NCBI RefSeq assembly: GCF_030253515.1 | Contig: NZ_CP124549.1 | Span: 570,001-602,000, forward strand | Direction of reading: 5' to 3' | Source of the DNA: Candidatus Nanosynbacter lyticus | GTDB taxonomy: Bacteria; Patescibacteriota; Saccharimonadia; Saccharimonadales; Saccharimonadaceae | Length of the DNA: 32,000 nucleotides | In this document: positions 1 to 8,809 of the stretch, one piece after another | How the letters are laid out: each line of letters starts with the position of its first letter | Numbering within the stretch: position 1 is the stretch's first letter | Made by a program: the position numbers and the translations under genes | The notes under the pieces: generated by a model | Seen by the model: only the letters and a program-made list of their open reading frames with translations | What the model was told of the DNA's origin: nothing | Database searches by the model: none

Positions 1-427
1 CTTCATCAAGATGGATTGCATCCCCATTGTACACGCAGTCAGTCGCCAAGTACACTGCGATCTTGATATTAATGTACGGGCCCTCATAGCATTCACCAAC
101 ATATTCAAAGCGCCCTGGCGTGCAGCCCGTCTCCTCCATTAATTCACGCCGCGCGACTGCCTCTACCTCCTCGCCCGGCTCGCCTTCGCCACCGGGGAAA
201 TCATAGAGCCATTTTTCCGGGCCAGCGCGAAACTGATAGGTCATAGCGATCTTGTTATCCGTCGTCACTGCCACCACTAATACTGACACTAACTCCTCAG
301 AAAAGAAGGTCGTAAACTCATGCTGTTCACCATCCTCTGTTTGATATCGCTTGATGACGGCCGAGCGCTTGAACGCCTCGCCGACTGTTTGCGTGGTGGT
401 TGGTTGAATACGCGTGAATGTTTTCAT
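1..427 (-). CDS. NUDIX hydrolase (N-terminal ~142 aa; C-terminus runs off the left edge of the window)
   Basis: Absent from the ORF track because it is open at the window edge. Reverse translation from the ATG at 427-425 gives MKTFTRIQPTTTQTVGEAFKRS...FPGGEGEPGEEVEAVARRELMEETGC, which matches the Nudix box GX5EX7REUXEEXGU. Its ATG overlaps the gatB TGA stop (ATGA at 424-427). Confidence 0.8.
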   Translation of the reverse strand, partial: MKTFTRIQPTTTQTVGEAFKRSAVIKRYQTEDGEQHEFTTFFSEELVSVLVVAVTTDNKIAMTYQFRAGPEKWLYDFPGGEGEPGEEVEAVARRELMEETGCTPGRFEYVGECYEGPYINIKIAVYLATDCVYNGDAIHLDE

Positions 428-1929
428 TGCAGTCGCTCTCGGATTAGCTTCTGGGCGAGGCTTGGGTTGGCCTGGCCCTTAGAGCGCTTCATGACTTGAC
501 CAACGAGGTAGCCGATAGCTTTGTCTTTGCCCGAGCGAATGTCAGCGATGGATGCCGCCGAGGCTGGGTCATGTAATACTTCGTCAACGATGACTGTGAT
601 GACCCTCTCGTCAGACACCTGCAGTAAATTCTTACTCTCGGCAATCTCGCGCGGCCCCTGTTTGAGATATTGTCGATCAAACAAACTAAGGAAAATCTCT
701 TTGCCGCCAGTTGAACTCACCTCGTTATCCTCGACGAGTAGTGACAACTCTGTCAACCGACGCGGCCCAACATAACCCTCCCCGATGAGATCCATATCAA
801 TCAACCCCTCCGGCGTCGAAGCAAACCAGTTAAAGATCCGCTTGACCAGCCGCTGATATTTTATCTTGTCAACTCCCAACTCATCGAGAACAGCTTGCTC
901 ATTATGCACCGTCAGCGTCTTGATAGCATCAAGCAATATCGCGAGCGGCTGATGGCCGAGGATCGTCGTAATCACCGAATGATCCAGCCCCAGATCAGCC
1001 CACCGCTCTCGGCACTCGCCCGGCATCAGCGGCATATGTTCCTGCATGCCGGTGATTTCCTCGTCAGTCAAAACAATCGGCGGAATGTCCGGATCGGGCA
1101 TGTAGCGATAATCCTGCGCGTCTTCTTTCGAGCGCTGTGAGGTAGTGATTTGCTGGTCGTCACTCCAACCGCGGGTTTCCTGTACTACTGGTTCACCACG
1201 CTCCAGTAGGTCAGCTTGACGTTTGAATTCGTATTCAGCGGCACGCTCGACGCTGCGGAACGAGTTGAGGTTTTTAACTTCCGCGCGCTTGCCGAGCTCA
1301 GTCGCGCCCCTTTTAGCCACCGAGATGTTGACATCAAAGCGCATATTGCCGTGATACAAATCACCGTGCGTCACACCTGCATAGACCATCAATTTGTGCA
1401 GCTCCGAAGCGTATGCCTTAGCCTCCTCAGCAGAATGCATATCCGGCTCAGAAACGATTTCAATCAGCGGTGTACCAGCGCGGTTGAGGTCGACCAATGA
1501 ATAGCCGTCGTGGTGCGTCAACTTGCCAGCATCTTCTTCCATGTGCGCATGATGAATCCGCACTCGTTTGAGCGAACCGTCTTCTAGCGGCGCATCGACA
1601 TAGCCAGCCAAGATGATTGGCTGGTACATCTGCGAGGTCTGATAGCCCTTTGGCAGGTCAGGGTAAAAATAATGTTTGCGATCAAACCGACTGACGCGAG
1701 CAATCGGCGCGTTTAGGGCTTTACCAGCACGCACCGCCAACTCGACGGCGTGCTTATTCAGCACTGGCAGCATGCCAGGCAAGCCAAAATCAATCTCGTG
1801 CGTTTTTTCGTTTGGCTCAGCGTCGCGAGCGTCGTTATCAGCCGGACTAAACAGCTTGGTTTTGGTCGCCAGCTGGACGTGGCACTCAATGCCAATGGTC
1901 ATTTCGTACTCATCATATACACTCATCAT
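424..1929 (-). CDS. gatB: Asp-tRNA(Asn)/Glu-tRNA(Gln) amidotransferase subunit B
   Basis: 501 aa. The N-terminus YEMTIGIECHVQL, the motifs FDRKHYFYPDLPKGYQTSQ and NRAGTPLIEIVSEPD, and the C-terminal YqeY-like tail (AIGYLVGQVMKRSKGQANP) are typical of GatB. It lies in a gatC-gatA context. Confidence 0.95.
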   Translation of the reverse strand: MMSVYDEYEMTIGIECHVQLATKTKLFSPADNDARDAEPNEKTHEIDFGLPGMLPVLNKHAVELAVRAGKALNAPIARVSRFDRKHYFYPDLPKGYQTSQMYQPIILAGYVDAPLEDGSLKRVRIHHAHMEEDAGKLTHHDGYSLVDLNRAGTPLIEIVSEPDMHSAEEAKAYASELHKLMVYAGVTHGDLYHGNMRFDVNISVAKRGATELGKRAEVKNLNSFRSVERAAEYEFKRQADLLERGEPVVQETRGWSDDQQITTSQRSKEDAQDYRYMPDPDIPPIVLTDEEITGMQEHMPLMPGECRERWADLGLDHSVITTILGHQPLAILLDAIKTLTVHNEQAVLDELGVDKIKYQRLVKRIFNWFASTPEGLIDMDLIGEGYVGPRRLTELSLLVEDNEVSSTGGKEIFLSLFDRQYLKQGPREIAESKNLLQVSDERVITVIVDEVLHDPASAASIADIRSGKDKAIGYLVGQVMKRSKGQANPSLAQKLIRERLQ

Positions 1930-2345
1930 AACGCTCCCAAATCTTTTAATGCTTGTTCAAAGGCGGCCATTGCCCGCTTGAATGTCTGGGTGGTGATGGT
2001 GACCCGACTTTCGTGGGCAATTTGATTACGCAGCTTATGCGCCGACCAAACCGCGTCCTCATTCGTCCACAGACCATGCCGTGCCTTGAGCCGCTCACCC
2101 ATCGTCGTACCGCTAACGCCGTATTCGCGCATCGCCCGGTCGAGCAACTTGTCAGCTTTGATAATCGCCATTTGCAGACTGTCGGGGTTGTTTGTATCAG
2201 CCACCCGCTGCACCGCCTGCCAGACTTTTCGGTATAGTTCCCGGTCGAGCTTCTCCGTTTGTTTTGACGTCAACTGAATGAATAGCATCAATAGGCCACC
2301 GATCACCAGCGCCGCCACCACTAGCGCGATCAACAATCCATCCAT
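1926..2345 (-). CDS. Small membrane-anchored protein with a HEPN/DUF4145-like all-alpha domain (function unknown)
   Basis: 139 aa. It has an N-terminal TM helix (LLIALVVAALVIGGLLMLFIQL) followed by a predicted helical domain ending in AHKLRNQIAHE (R-x4-H, RN..AH). The start overlaps the gatA stop (TGATG at 2345) and the stop overlaps the gatB start (ATGA at 1926-1929), which argues that it is really translated. Confidence 0.6.
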   Translation of the reverse strand: MDGLLIALVVAALVIGGLLMLFIQLTSKQTEKLDRELYRKVWQAVQRVADTNNPDSLQMAIIKADKLLDRAMREYGVSGTTMGERLKARHGLWTNEDAVWSAHKLRNQIAHESRVTITTQTFKRAMAAFEQALKDLGAL

Positions 2346-3715
2346 CAGATGACCTCCACTTCCGCCGCCAACTTCAGTAAGTTGCCGTCTGACTGATAAT
2401 CACCAATCAGCTGTACGCCAATCGGCAAGCCCTCGCCGTTACTTCCAGCCGGCACAGAAATTGCCGGCAGTCCAGCTAGACTAGCCGGCACGGTCATGAT
2501 GTCAGACAGATACATCTTGATCGGATCACCAGTGTTCTCACCAAGTTTGAATGCTGGTGTCGGCGCCGTCGGCATTAACAGCGCGTCGTACTCAGTGAAC
2601 AACTTTTTGAACTCGTTAATGAGCAGCGTGCGCGCTTTTTGCGCCTGCATGTAGTAAGCGTCAAAGAAACCGCTCGACAACACGAAACTACCGATCATAA
2701 TCCGCCGCTTGTTCTCCGTCATAAAACCTTCGTTACGGCTGCGGCCGTACAATTCCGCCAGCGTTTTCACCTCGGCCGCTCGGTGACCATAACGCACACC
2801 ATCATAGCGTGCCAGATTTGACGACAGTTCCGCCGGCACGATGATATAGTACATCGCCAGCGAATATTGCATCATATCTAGATCTACTTCTTCAATTCCA
2901 TAACCCAGCTGCTTCAGTTTTTCAGCATAGTCAAGCGTTTTCTGGCGCACCGCCGCGTCCACATCGTCAGTCATACATTGCTTAACCAAACCAATCTTTT
3001 TCTTTCTAAAGCCTGGCTGGTTCTGCCAAAAGTCCGGCAGCGTCGTCATATCCTTGCCGTCGCGGCCCGCCATAATTTCCATCACCAAATTAGCATCATC
3101 AGCATTCGTGGTGAAACAACCAATGGTGTCGGTGCTCGAGGCCATAGCTACTACGCCGTAGCGACTGACTGCACCGTAGGTTGGCTTGACACCGACCACG
3201 CCGTTAAAGCTGGCCGGCTGACGAATTGAACCGCCAGTATCTGTACCTAGCGCAAACGGCACCACGTCAAGCGCCGTCACGACCGCCGAACCGCCCGAAG
3301 AACCGCCGGCTACCCGAGTTTTATCCGTAGCGTTTTTGGTCGGACCAAAGGCTGAATTTTCCGTCGAACCGCCGTGAGCAAAGGCATCCAAGTTCGCCTT
3401 GCCGATGCAGATCGCGCCCTCGGCCTCCAGCCTCTCAACCGCTGTGGCTTGCAGCGGCGCCTCAAAGTTCTCCAGCATTTTCGCCGCGGCAGTCGTCGGC
3501 GCCCCAAAAGTCAAGAAATTATCTTTCACCACAAACGGCACGCCAGCCAGCCGCCCAGAAATCTCACCCTTATCCACCAGTTCGGCACGCTCCAGCGCCC
3601 GCTCTTCTGTCAAACTCAGCAGCGCATGATATTCTTCAACGTCGCGCGCGTGCCTCAACGCTTCTTTAACATTTTCGACCGCGCTTTTTCCGGTAAAATC
3701 ACTAATCCGACTCAT
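2345..3715 (-). CDS. gatA: Glu-tRNA(Gln)/Asp-tRNA(Asn) amidotransferase subunit A
   Basis: 456 aa. It carries the amidase signature (GGSSGGSAVVTA, GTDTGGSIRQPASFNGVVGVKPTYG). The start overlaps the gatC stop (TAATG at 3715). Confidence 0.95.
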   Translation of the reverse strand: MSRISDFTGKSAVENVKEALRHARDVEEYHALLSLTEERALERAELVDKGEISGRLAGVPFVVKDNFLTFGAPTTAAAKMLENFEAPLQATAVERLEAEGAICIGKANLDAFAHGGSTENSAFGPTKNATDKTRVAGGSSGGSAVVTALDVVPFALGTDTGGSIRQPASFNGVVGVKPTYGAVSRYGVVAMASSTDTIGCFTTNADDANLVMEIMAGRDGKDMTTLPDFWQNQPGFRKKKIGLVKQCMTDDVDAAVRQKTLDYAEKLKQLGYGIEEVDLDMMQYSLAMYYIIVPAELSSNLARYDGVRYGHRAAEVKTLAELYGRSRNEGFMTENKRRIMIGSFVLSSGFFDAYYMQAQKARTLLINEFKKLFTEYDALLMPTAPTPAFKLGENTGDPIKMYLSDIMTVPASLAGLPAISVPAGSNGEGLPIGVQLIGDYQSDGNLLKLAAEVEVI

Positions 3716-4002
3716 TACAATACCTGCGGCACTTTCACTTGACTATTCTGTTTTTCAGGCGCCAAGTTAAGCAGTACTTCTCTGGAAACCCCTGACTGAA
3801 CCTCATCTTCGCGCCAGACGTTTTCCAGACCCGTCACTTGGTAAGTTGGCTCCACGCCCGCCGTATCAAGCTCGCCGAGCTGCTTAATGTAGCCAATTAT
3901 ATTTTCCAAATCTTGGCGCAGTCCATCAACTTCATCATCGGCTAATGCCAGACTACTCAAACTTGCCAAGTGCTGAATGTCACTGGTAGAAATAGTTGTC
4001 AT
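3715..4002 (-). CDS. gatC: Glu-tRNA(Gln)/Asp-tRNA(Asn) amidotransferase subunit C
   Basis: 95 aa. The size, the sequence (DIQHLASLSSLALADDEVDGLRQDLENIIGYIKQL) and the position immediately upstream of gatA fit GatC. Confidence 0.9.
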   Translation of the reverse strand: MTTISTSDIQHLASLSSLALADDEVDGLRQDLENIIGYIKQLGELDTAGVEPTYQVTGLENVWREDEVQSGVSREVLLNLAPEKQNSQVKVPQVL

Positions 4003-4009
4003 GCAGTCT

Positions 4010-4018
4010 ATTATAGCA
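4010..4018 (-). promoter_or_regulatory. Extended -10 promoter (TGcTATAAT) 7 nt upstream of the gatC ATG; predicted leaderless start of the gatC operon
   Basis: The minus strand reads gTGcTATAATagactgcATG. There is no Shine-Dalgarno sequence between the box and the ATG. Confidence 0.5.
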
Positions 4019-4034
4019 CTGTCTCGAGGAAAAT

Positions 4035-5882
4035 CTAATAACTCAGCAGTCGCGGCGAATGGAGCGTCACCATCTGCGGCAGACCGTACATACTCATTCC
4101 TGAACCAAGTGATAACCCACCGCGGTTCCAGCCGATAGCCGCCGCCGTTGCCGCATCGGTTGCCGCATTTGGTGCGTCTGGTCGTTCGATGTAGCTAATC
4201 TTGTTGGCCCCACGATCCGCTACGTACACTCGACCATCTGGGCCGCGCAAAACTTGTCCACCGCCATCACCACCAAGGCCTTTCCAGTCAGGGTGATTTG
4301 GGGTTGATGAGTTAGGGAGCGAATCAGATATTACACAATCCCTGAAATGCTCGCAGCCGGTAAACCCGATAAACCGCTCACTTGTTTTGATAGCACTACT
4401 ATTGCGACTAGTAATGTCATACCGGAACAGTTCACCGGTATATATTTTCGATACATAGACATGGTCGCCGTTGGATGAAAAATCAGCAGCGTACCCTAGG
4501 CTGTTATCAAGTGGATCATTATTATATACACCGACCGACCAATGAGCTATTGGTGTCATATTAGTATCAGCTCCAGATATATCAAATACGTGTAATACTC
4601 CAGCGTTACCATTACGATTTGGACAGACACTACCCCCCATAAACACCAGCATTTTGGTGGCCTCGTTGTTAAAGTTAATTGAACCGAATCCCGTTCGCGA
4701 AGGACTTGATGGATTTGGTTGCACGATACACGGCTGAGCCGGACCAGACGGCACATTATACACTGCTGCATTTGGCGTCTGAATAGTTGCTCCGTTGTCA
4801 GTCGAGAAAATATTGAAGGCATAGACTTGATTCGGCGAACCCGGCCGATAGGTATACACCACCGCACCATTTCCCGCATTATTCGGCACGGCATTCATCG
4901 CCTCGCCAGAATAGTTGCGCGAAAAACTGCCCGCCATGCCAATGGACATGTTCTTTTTCGTCACTCGTCCGAGTGGATCATTGGTAAAATCAACAACGTG
5001 GTAGTATAACGTACCGAATTTTGCCCGCTCACGACCATTTGCCGAGTTTGATACTACGAGATACTTAGATTCCTCTTTGTTGATTGGAAAGGCAACCACT
5101 GCCTGCGTACCAGTACGCGAGCCACACAATCCCTGTGGTGATTCACTATAGTATGCCGTTTGACCATCGTCACATGTTGGATTGCCATCGGGAGCCGAGC
5201 TATCAACCTGCATAATATTTCGCGCTGAATTCCAGATACGAAGCCCGTCAGAGTAGAATTTTAAGTTACCGTTGCGATCGGAAATTGTCGTTAGACCCTC
5301 ATGGGATGGGCCACTTGAGTGTGTTGGATGAGGGTGTGGCGTCGGTTTATTTGACCCGCCCACACCAAAATCAAGGCAGACTGACCCGCCGATACACCAC
5401 CAGCGCTTACTGGCGCGCGTCCCCTTAAAATCAACTTCCGGGATAGCTTGCTGGCGTGAATTGTAAATATAGGTCTTATACGGGCGGCCATCAGATTTTC
5501 GGATCAACTCAAGGTAGCCCTTGACATCAGCACGCCGCGGATTAGTTGTTGAGGTGTATTCACCAATAAAATACGAACGTAATTTGTCATTACGAAATAC
5601 GTCAATCGCTGTACCGTTGCCGCGGCAATCAGTACCTGGACGCACACCCGAGGCAATGGCACTGTCATGGCCACGACTGATACATTCATTCATCCGCACC
5701 ACGCCGGCCTCAGCCGCTTCACGTGCCAGCTGATTATAGTACTGCTCCATCAAGGCATTAGCTGCTGCCGACGCCAGCTGGAGACCAGCCAACAAAATCA
5801 GTAGCAGCATAATGCTCGCTACAAGGACGGTCGGCAAGACGAACCCACCGTCCTTATCCCACCCAGACGCTTTGTTAGTCAC
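4035..5882 (-). CDS. Large pilin-like surface protein: PilX-type N-terminal hydrophobic segment plus beta-propeller-like body (candidate type IV pilus minor pilin or tip adhesin)
   Basis: The ORF track gives 4035..6017 (660 aa), but that N-terminus overlaps the upstream gene by more than 140 nt. I prefer the GTG at 5882, which is preceded by GGAG plus 6 nt and overlaps the upstream TAA (GTGACTAA). The resulting N-terminus is VTNKASGWDKDGGFVLPTVLVASIMLLLILLAGLQLASAAANALMEQYYNQLAREAAEAGV, which resembles the PilX_N pattern (G, hydrophobic helix, ...AEAG). The rest has repeated strand-rich blades (GNLKFYSDGLRIWN, GTLYYHVVDF, AVVYTYRPG..VYAFNIF, GVLHVFDISG, GDHVYVSKIYTGELFRYDI, DGRVYVADRGANKISYI). 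Confidence 0.55.
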   Translation of the reverse strand: MTNKASGWDKDGGFVLPTVLVASIMLLLILLAGLQLASAAANALMEQYYNQLAREAAEAGVVRMNECISRGHDSAIASGVRPGTDCRGNGTAIDVFRNDKLRSYFIGEYTSTTNPRRADVKGYLELIRKSDGRPYKTYIYNSRQQAIPEVDFKGTRASKRWWCIGGSVCLDFGVGGSNKPTPHPHPTHSSGPSHEGLTTISDRNGNLKFYSDGLRIWNSARNIMQVDSSAPDGNPTCDDGQTAYYSESPQGLCGSRTGTQAVVAFPINKEESKYLVVSNSANGRERAKFGTLYYHVVDFTNDPLGRVTKKNMSIGMAGSFSRNYSGEAMNAVPNNAGNGAVVYTYRPGSPNQVYAFNIFSTDNGATIQTPNAAVYNVPSGPAQPCIVQPNPSSPSRTGFGSINFNNEATKMLVFMGGSVCPNRNGNAGVLHVFDISGADTNMTPIAHWSVGVYNNDPLDNSLGYAADFSSNGDHVYVSKIYTGELFRYDITSRNSSAIKTSERFIGFTGCEHFRDCVISDSLPNSSTPNHPDWKGLGGDGGGQVLRGPDGRVYVADRGANKISYIERPDAPNAATDAATAAAIGWNRGGLSLGSGMSMYGLPQMVTLHSPRLLSY

Positions 5883-6720
5883 ATCCAACTCCGTACTTAT
5901 CGCACATTGTCGAACGAATGTTGCGCTGCACATTGGTTCTAGTGTATGTCGACCCGGTATCGTGTACTTGGACGGCTGCCGTAATCGCCCCGGCGACCAG
6001 CACTGCTCCGGTTGCACCCAGCAAAATCAGAGACATTGTCTTAGATGTGTTACGGCCAGAAATAATCCCCCTGAGCATCCACAATGTCACGCCGATTACC
6101 CCTAGTGCCAGGAGATATGGCACAAACTCGGCGAGATATAGCGCACCATACACCCTATCGGCACTGCCCGCACCGATAAACAGCAGTGAACTAATGAGAA
6201 CTGTTATTATTTTTGCTACAAGCACTATTGCTGGAATTATCAATGCACCAAATGCACCATATGTTACTACTTTATACGCCATACTACTGGTGTAGCTGTC
6301 ACGATCTGGAATAGCCCGTGAGACGCGACCAAATGTGATGAGCGCAACGATTGCAAACAGTGTTGCCAATACACCCGCCATCACTATACCCGTTCCCGGC
6401 GTTACCATGTTTATCGATAATATATCGGCCAGCCAACCGCCAATCGAAGTTATCGTCGTTGTCGTTGCACCATTAACCTTTGCCCAAGCAGTAAACAACG
6501 ACCCCAGTACTTGTGCAAACAACACCGCCGATACGACCGTCGATACCATTGCTAGTAAATACTCAAATGTCAGCCATTTTGCCTTACCGCGACCCGGATC
6601 GGTAGCAGCCTGGGGATAGTACGCTGTCGGTTGTGGAGCATATTGTGGGACTGGTGGAGCGCCTGCGTCCTGTACCGGCTGCACCATCTCTGGTGTTGAT
6701 GCTGTTTTCTTTTGTGTCAT
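5875..6720 (-). CDS. Polytopic membrane protein with a Pro/Gln/Tyr-rich N-terminus (unknown function)
   Basis: 281 aa. The N-terminal low-complexity stretch PVQDAGAPPVPQYAPQPTAYYPQAATDP is followed by about 6 hydrophobic helices. A GGAGGT Shine-Dalgarno lies 8 nt upstream of the ATG. The stop overlaps the start of the downstream pilin-like gene. Confidence 0.6.
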   Translation of the reverse strand: MTQKKTASTPEMVQPVQDAGAPPVPQYAPQPTAYYPQAATDPGRGKAKWLTFEYLLAMVSTVVSAVLFAQVLGSLFTAWAKVNGATTTTITSIGGWLADILSINMVTPGTGIVMAGVLATLFAIVALITFGRVSRAIPDRDSYTSSMAYKVVTYGAFGALIIPAIVLVAKIITVLISSLLFIGAGSADRVYGALYLAEFVPYLLALGVIGVTLWMLRGIISGRNTSKTMSLILLGATGAVLVAGAITAAVQVHDTGSTYTRTNVQRNIRSTMCDKYGVGCD

Positions 6721-6751
6721 AATTATTACCTCCGCTTATGCTAACCTCATT

Positions 6752-8722
6752 CTACATGGTCTGGCGAATTTCTGCAATCAAATCACGCAGCTGGGCAGCT
6801 TTTTCAAATTCTAGATTGGCACTATACAGCTCCATTTGACCGGTCAACTCCTTGATCAGCGTTGGATATTCATCCTTTGGAATTTTCTTCAAATCAAGCT
6901 GTGGCTTTTTGTCCGATTCTTTTTGCGGGATGATGGAGCGCAGGCCATCGTCAATCTTCTTCTGGATGGTTTGCGGCGTGATGCCATGCTCTTCGTTATA
7001 TTGCTGCTGTATAGTACGCCGACGATTCGTCTCGTCAATCGCTCGCCGCATGCTGTCAGTCACATTGTCGCCGTACATCAGTACCCGCCCGTCCACGTGC
7101 CGCGCCGCCCGGCCAATCGTCTGAATCAGCGCCTGTTCACTACGGAGGAACCCTTCTTTATCGGCGTCCATAATCGCCACCAGACTGACTTCTGGCAGAT
7201 CCAGCCCCTCGCGCAGCAGATTAATACCAACCAAGACATCATACGTCCCCAACCGCAGATCTTTCAAGATATCGCCGCGCTCCAGCGTGTCAATTTCACT
7301 GTGTAGATACGCCGTTTTCACTCCATTGTCAGTCAAATAAGTGCTCAGATCCTCGGCCATACGCTTGGTCAAGGTGGTTACCAGTACGCGGTGTCCGCTA
7401 GCAACAGTCTGGCGAATCTCCTCCATCAAATCATCAACCTGTCCATCAGTCGGCCGCACCTCAATTGGCGGATCAAGCAACCCGGTCGGCCGAATCAACT
7501 GCTCAGCCGGCTTTGGCGAATGGGCAATCTCATAGTCGCCCGGCGTAGCCGACACATAAATCGCCTGGTGAATATGCTGATCAAATTCATCAAACCTCAG
7601 CGGACGGTTATCCAACGCACTCGGCAAACGAAAACCGTGCTCCACCAACACTTCCTTGCGAGCCCGGTCGCCGTTATACATACCGCGCACTTGCGGCAAG
7701 GTCATGTGCGACTCATCGACCAGCAGCAGCCAGTCATCGGGAAAATAATCAATCAAGGTCGCTGGCTGCTCGCCCGGCTCGCGGTCAGTCAGATAGCGCG
7801 AATAATTCTCAATGCCTTTAACAAAGCCAGTCTCTTTGAGCATTTCTAGGTCATATTTGGTGCGCTGAGCTAGGCGCTGCGCCTCGAGTAACTTATCGTG
7901 TGACTCAAGCCATTTGAGCCGCTCGTCAAACTCTTTTTCGATACCGATGATAGCCTTTTCAATTCGTTCGCGTGGCGTCGAATAGTGGCTGGATGGGAAA
8001 ATCGTCAGACTAGCTGGCTGATCCAAAATCTCGCCAGTCAGCGGATCAATTCGCGTGAGTCTCTCAACCTCATCGCCAAAAAACTCCACTCGCACCGCCG
8101 TGTCCTGCCCAGCCGGGAAAATATCTACCACGTCGCCGCGCACCCTGAAAGTGCCGCGTGCAAAATCAATGTCATTACGTTTATACTGAATGTCAGTTAG
8201 TAAGCGAATAAACTTATCCTGGACTCGCCGCTCACCGACCGTCAATTGAATCGCCATGTCAGCATACGTCTCTGGCGAACCAATGCCATAAATACAGGAC
8301 ACACTGGCCACGATGATCACGTCGCGCCGTGTCAACAACGCCGAGGTCGCCGCATGCCGCAGCCGATCGATTTCATCATTAATTTTCGAATCTTTCTCAA
8401 TATAGGTGTCGCTACTGGCAATGTAGGCCTCCGGCTGATAATAATCAAAATAGCTGACAAAATAATGCACCTCATTATCCGGAAAAAACTCCTTAAACTC
8501 AGAAAACAGCTGCGCTGCCAACGTCTTATTGTGAGCTAACACCAGTGTCGGCACATTGGCTCGAGCGATAATATTCGCCATAGTAAACGTCTTACCCGAA
8601 CCCGTCACGCCCAGCAACGTCTGCTCGCGCTCGCCCCGCTCCAAACCGTCCACCAACTGAGCAATCGCTGTTGGCTGGTCGCCGGTCGGCTGATAGTTAG
8701 AGACGAGATTGAACTGGCTCAT
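6752..8722 (-). CDS. uvrB: Excinuclease ABC subunit B
   Basis: It has Walker [11 protein letters not shown], the DESH box ([13 protein letters not shown]), helicase motifs, and the C-terminal UVR domain ([16 protein letters not shown]). The ORF track start is 8752. I place the start at the ATG at 8722 ([20 protein letters not shown]) because it aligns with the usual UvrB N-terminus and sits 7 nt below a TGcTACAAT box. Confidence 0.93.
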   Translation of the reverse strand: MSQFNLVSNYQPTGDQPTAIAQLVDGLERGEREQTLLGVTGSGKTFTMANIIARANVPTLVLAHNKTLAAQLFSEFKEFFPDNEVHYFVSYFDYYQPEAYIASSDTYIEKDSKINDEIDRLRHAATSALLTRRDVIIVASVSCIYGIGSPETYADMAIQLTVGERRVQDKFIRLLTDIQYKRNDIDFARGTFRVRGDVVDIFPAGQDTAVRVEFFGDEVERLTRIDPLTGEILDQPASLTIFPSSHYSTPRERIEKAIIGIEKEFDERLKWLESHDKLLEAQRLAQRTKYDLEMLKETGFVKGIENYSRYLTDREPGEQPATLIDYFPDDWLLLVDESHMTLPQVRGMYNGDRARKEVLVEHGFRLPSALDNRPLRFDEFDQHIHQAIYVSATPGDYEIAHSPKPAEQLIRPTGLLDPPIEVRPTDGQVDDLMEEIRQTVASGHRVLVTTLTKRMAEDLSTYLTDNGVKTAYLHSEIDTLERGDILKDLRLGTYDVLVGINLLREGLDLPEVSLVAIMDADKEGFLRSEQALIQTIGRAARHVDGRVLMYGDNVTDSMRRAIDETNRRRTIQQQYNEEHGITPQTIQKKIDDGLRSIIPQKESDKKPQLDLKKIPKDEYPTLIKELTGQMELYSANLEFEKAAQLRDLIAEIRQTM

Positions 8723-8729
8723 GCTTCCT

Positions 8730-8738
8730 ATTGTAGCA
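8730..8738 (-). promoter_or_regulatory. Extended -10 promoter (TGcTACAAT) 7 nt upstream of the uvrB ATG
   Basis: The minus strand reads gaTGcTACAATaggaagcATG. The 7-nt spacer also contains AGGAAG, so it is ambiguous whether this start is leaderless or has a very short leader. Confidence 0.4.
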
Positions 8739-8741
8739 TCG

Positions 8742-8771
8742 TTGACAAACACCGACTTTTCATGATATAGT
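8742..8771 (+). promoter_or_regulatory. Sigma70-type promoter for the LOG-family gene (TTGACA, 18 nt, TGaTATAGT)
   Basis: TTGACA lies at 8742-8747 and TATAGT at 8766-8771, with TG at 8763-8764. The ATG at 8810 is preceded by AAAGGG. Confidence 0.45.
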
Positions 8772-8809
8772 TAACCAGTTATTAGCGATAAAACAAAAAG
8801 GGCACTTCA

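Noticed and set aside
5883-6017. The longer 660-aa version of the pilin-like ORF, starting at the ATG at 6017 or at 5933.
   Set aside because: It would overlap the upstream membrane-protein gene by 59-143 nt and add a non-hydrophobic, Cys/Arg-rich N-terminus with no SD. The GTG at 5882 has GGAG at the correct spacing and places the hydrophobic pilin-like helix near the N-terminus.
6836-8539. Several long antisense ORFs inside uvrB (for example 6836-7306 and 7391-7849). Similar ones lie opposite gatB, gatA, pepN, malic enzyme, pilB and glmS (for example 22019-22516 and 31530-31907).
   Set aside because: They are shadow ORFs opposite strongly supported genes. Their translations are Arg/Ser/Leu-rich low-information sequences without motifs, and none has promoter or SD support.
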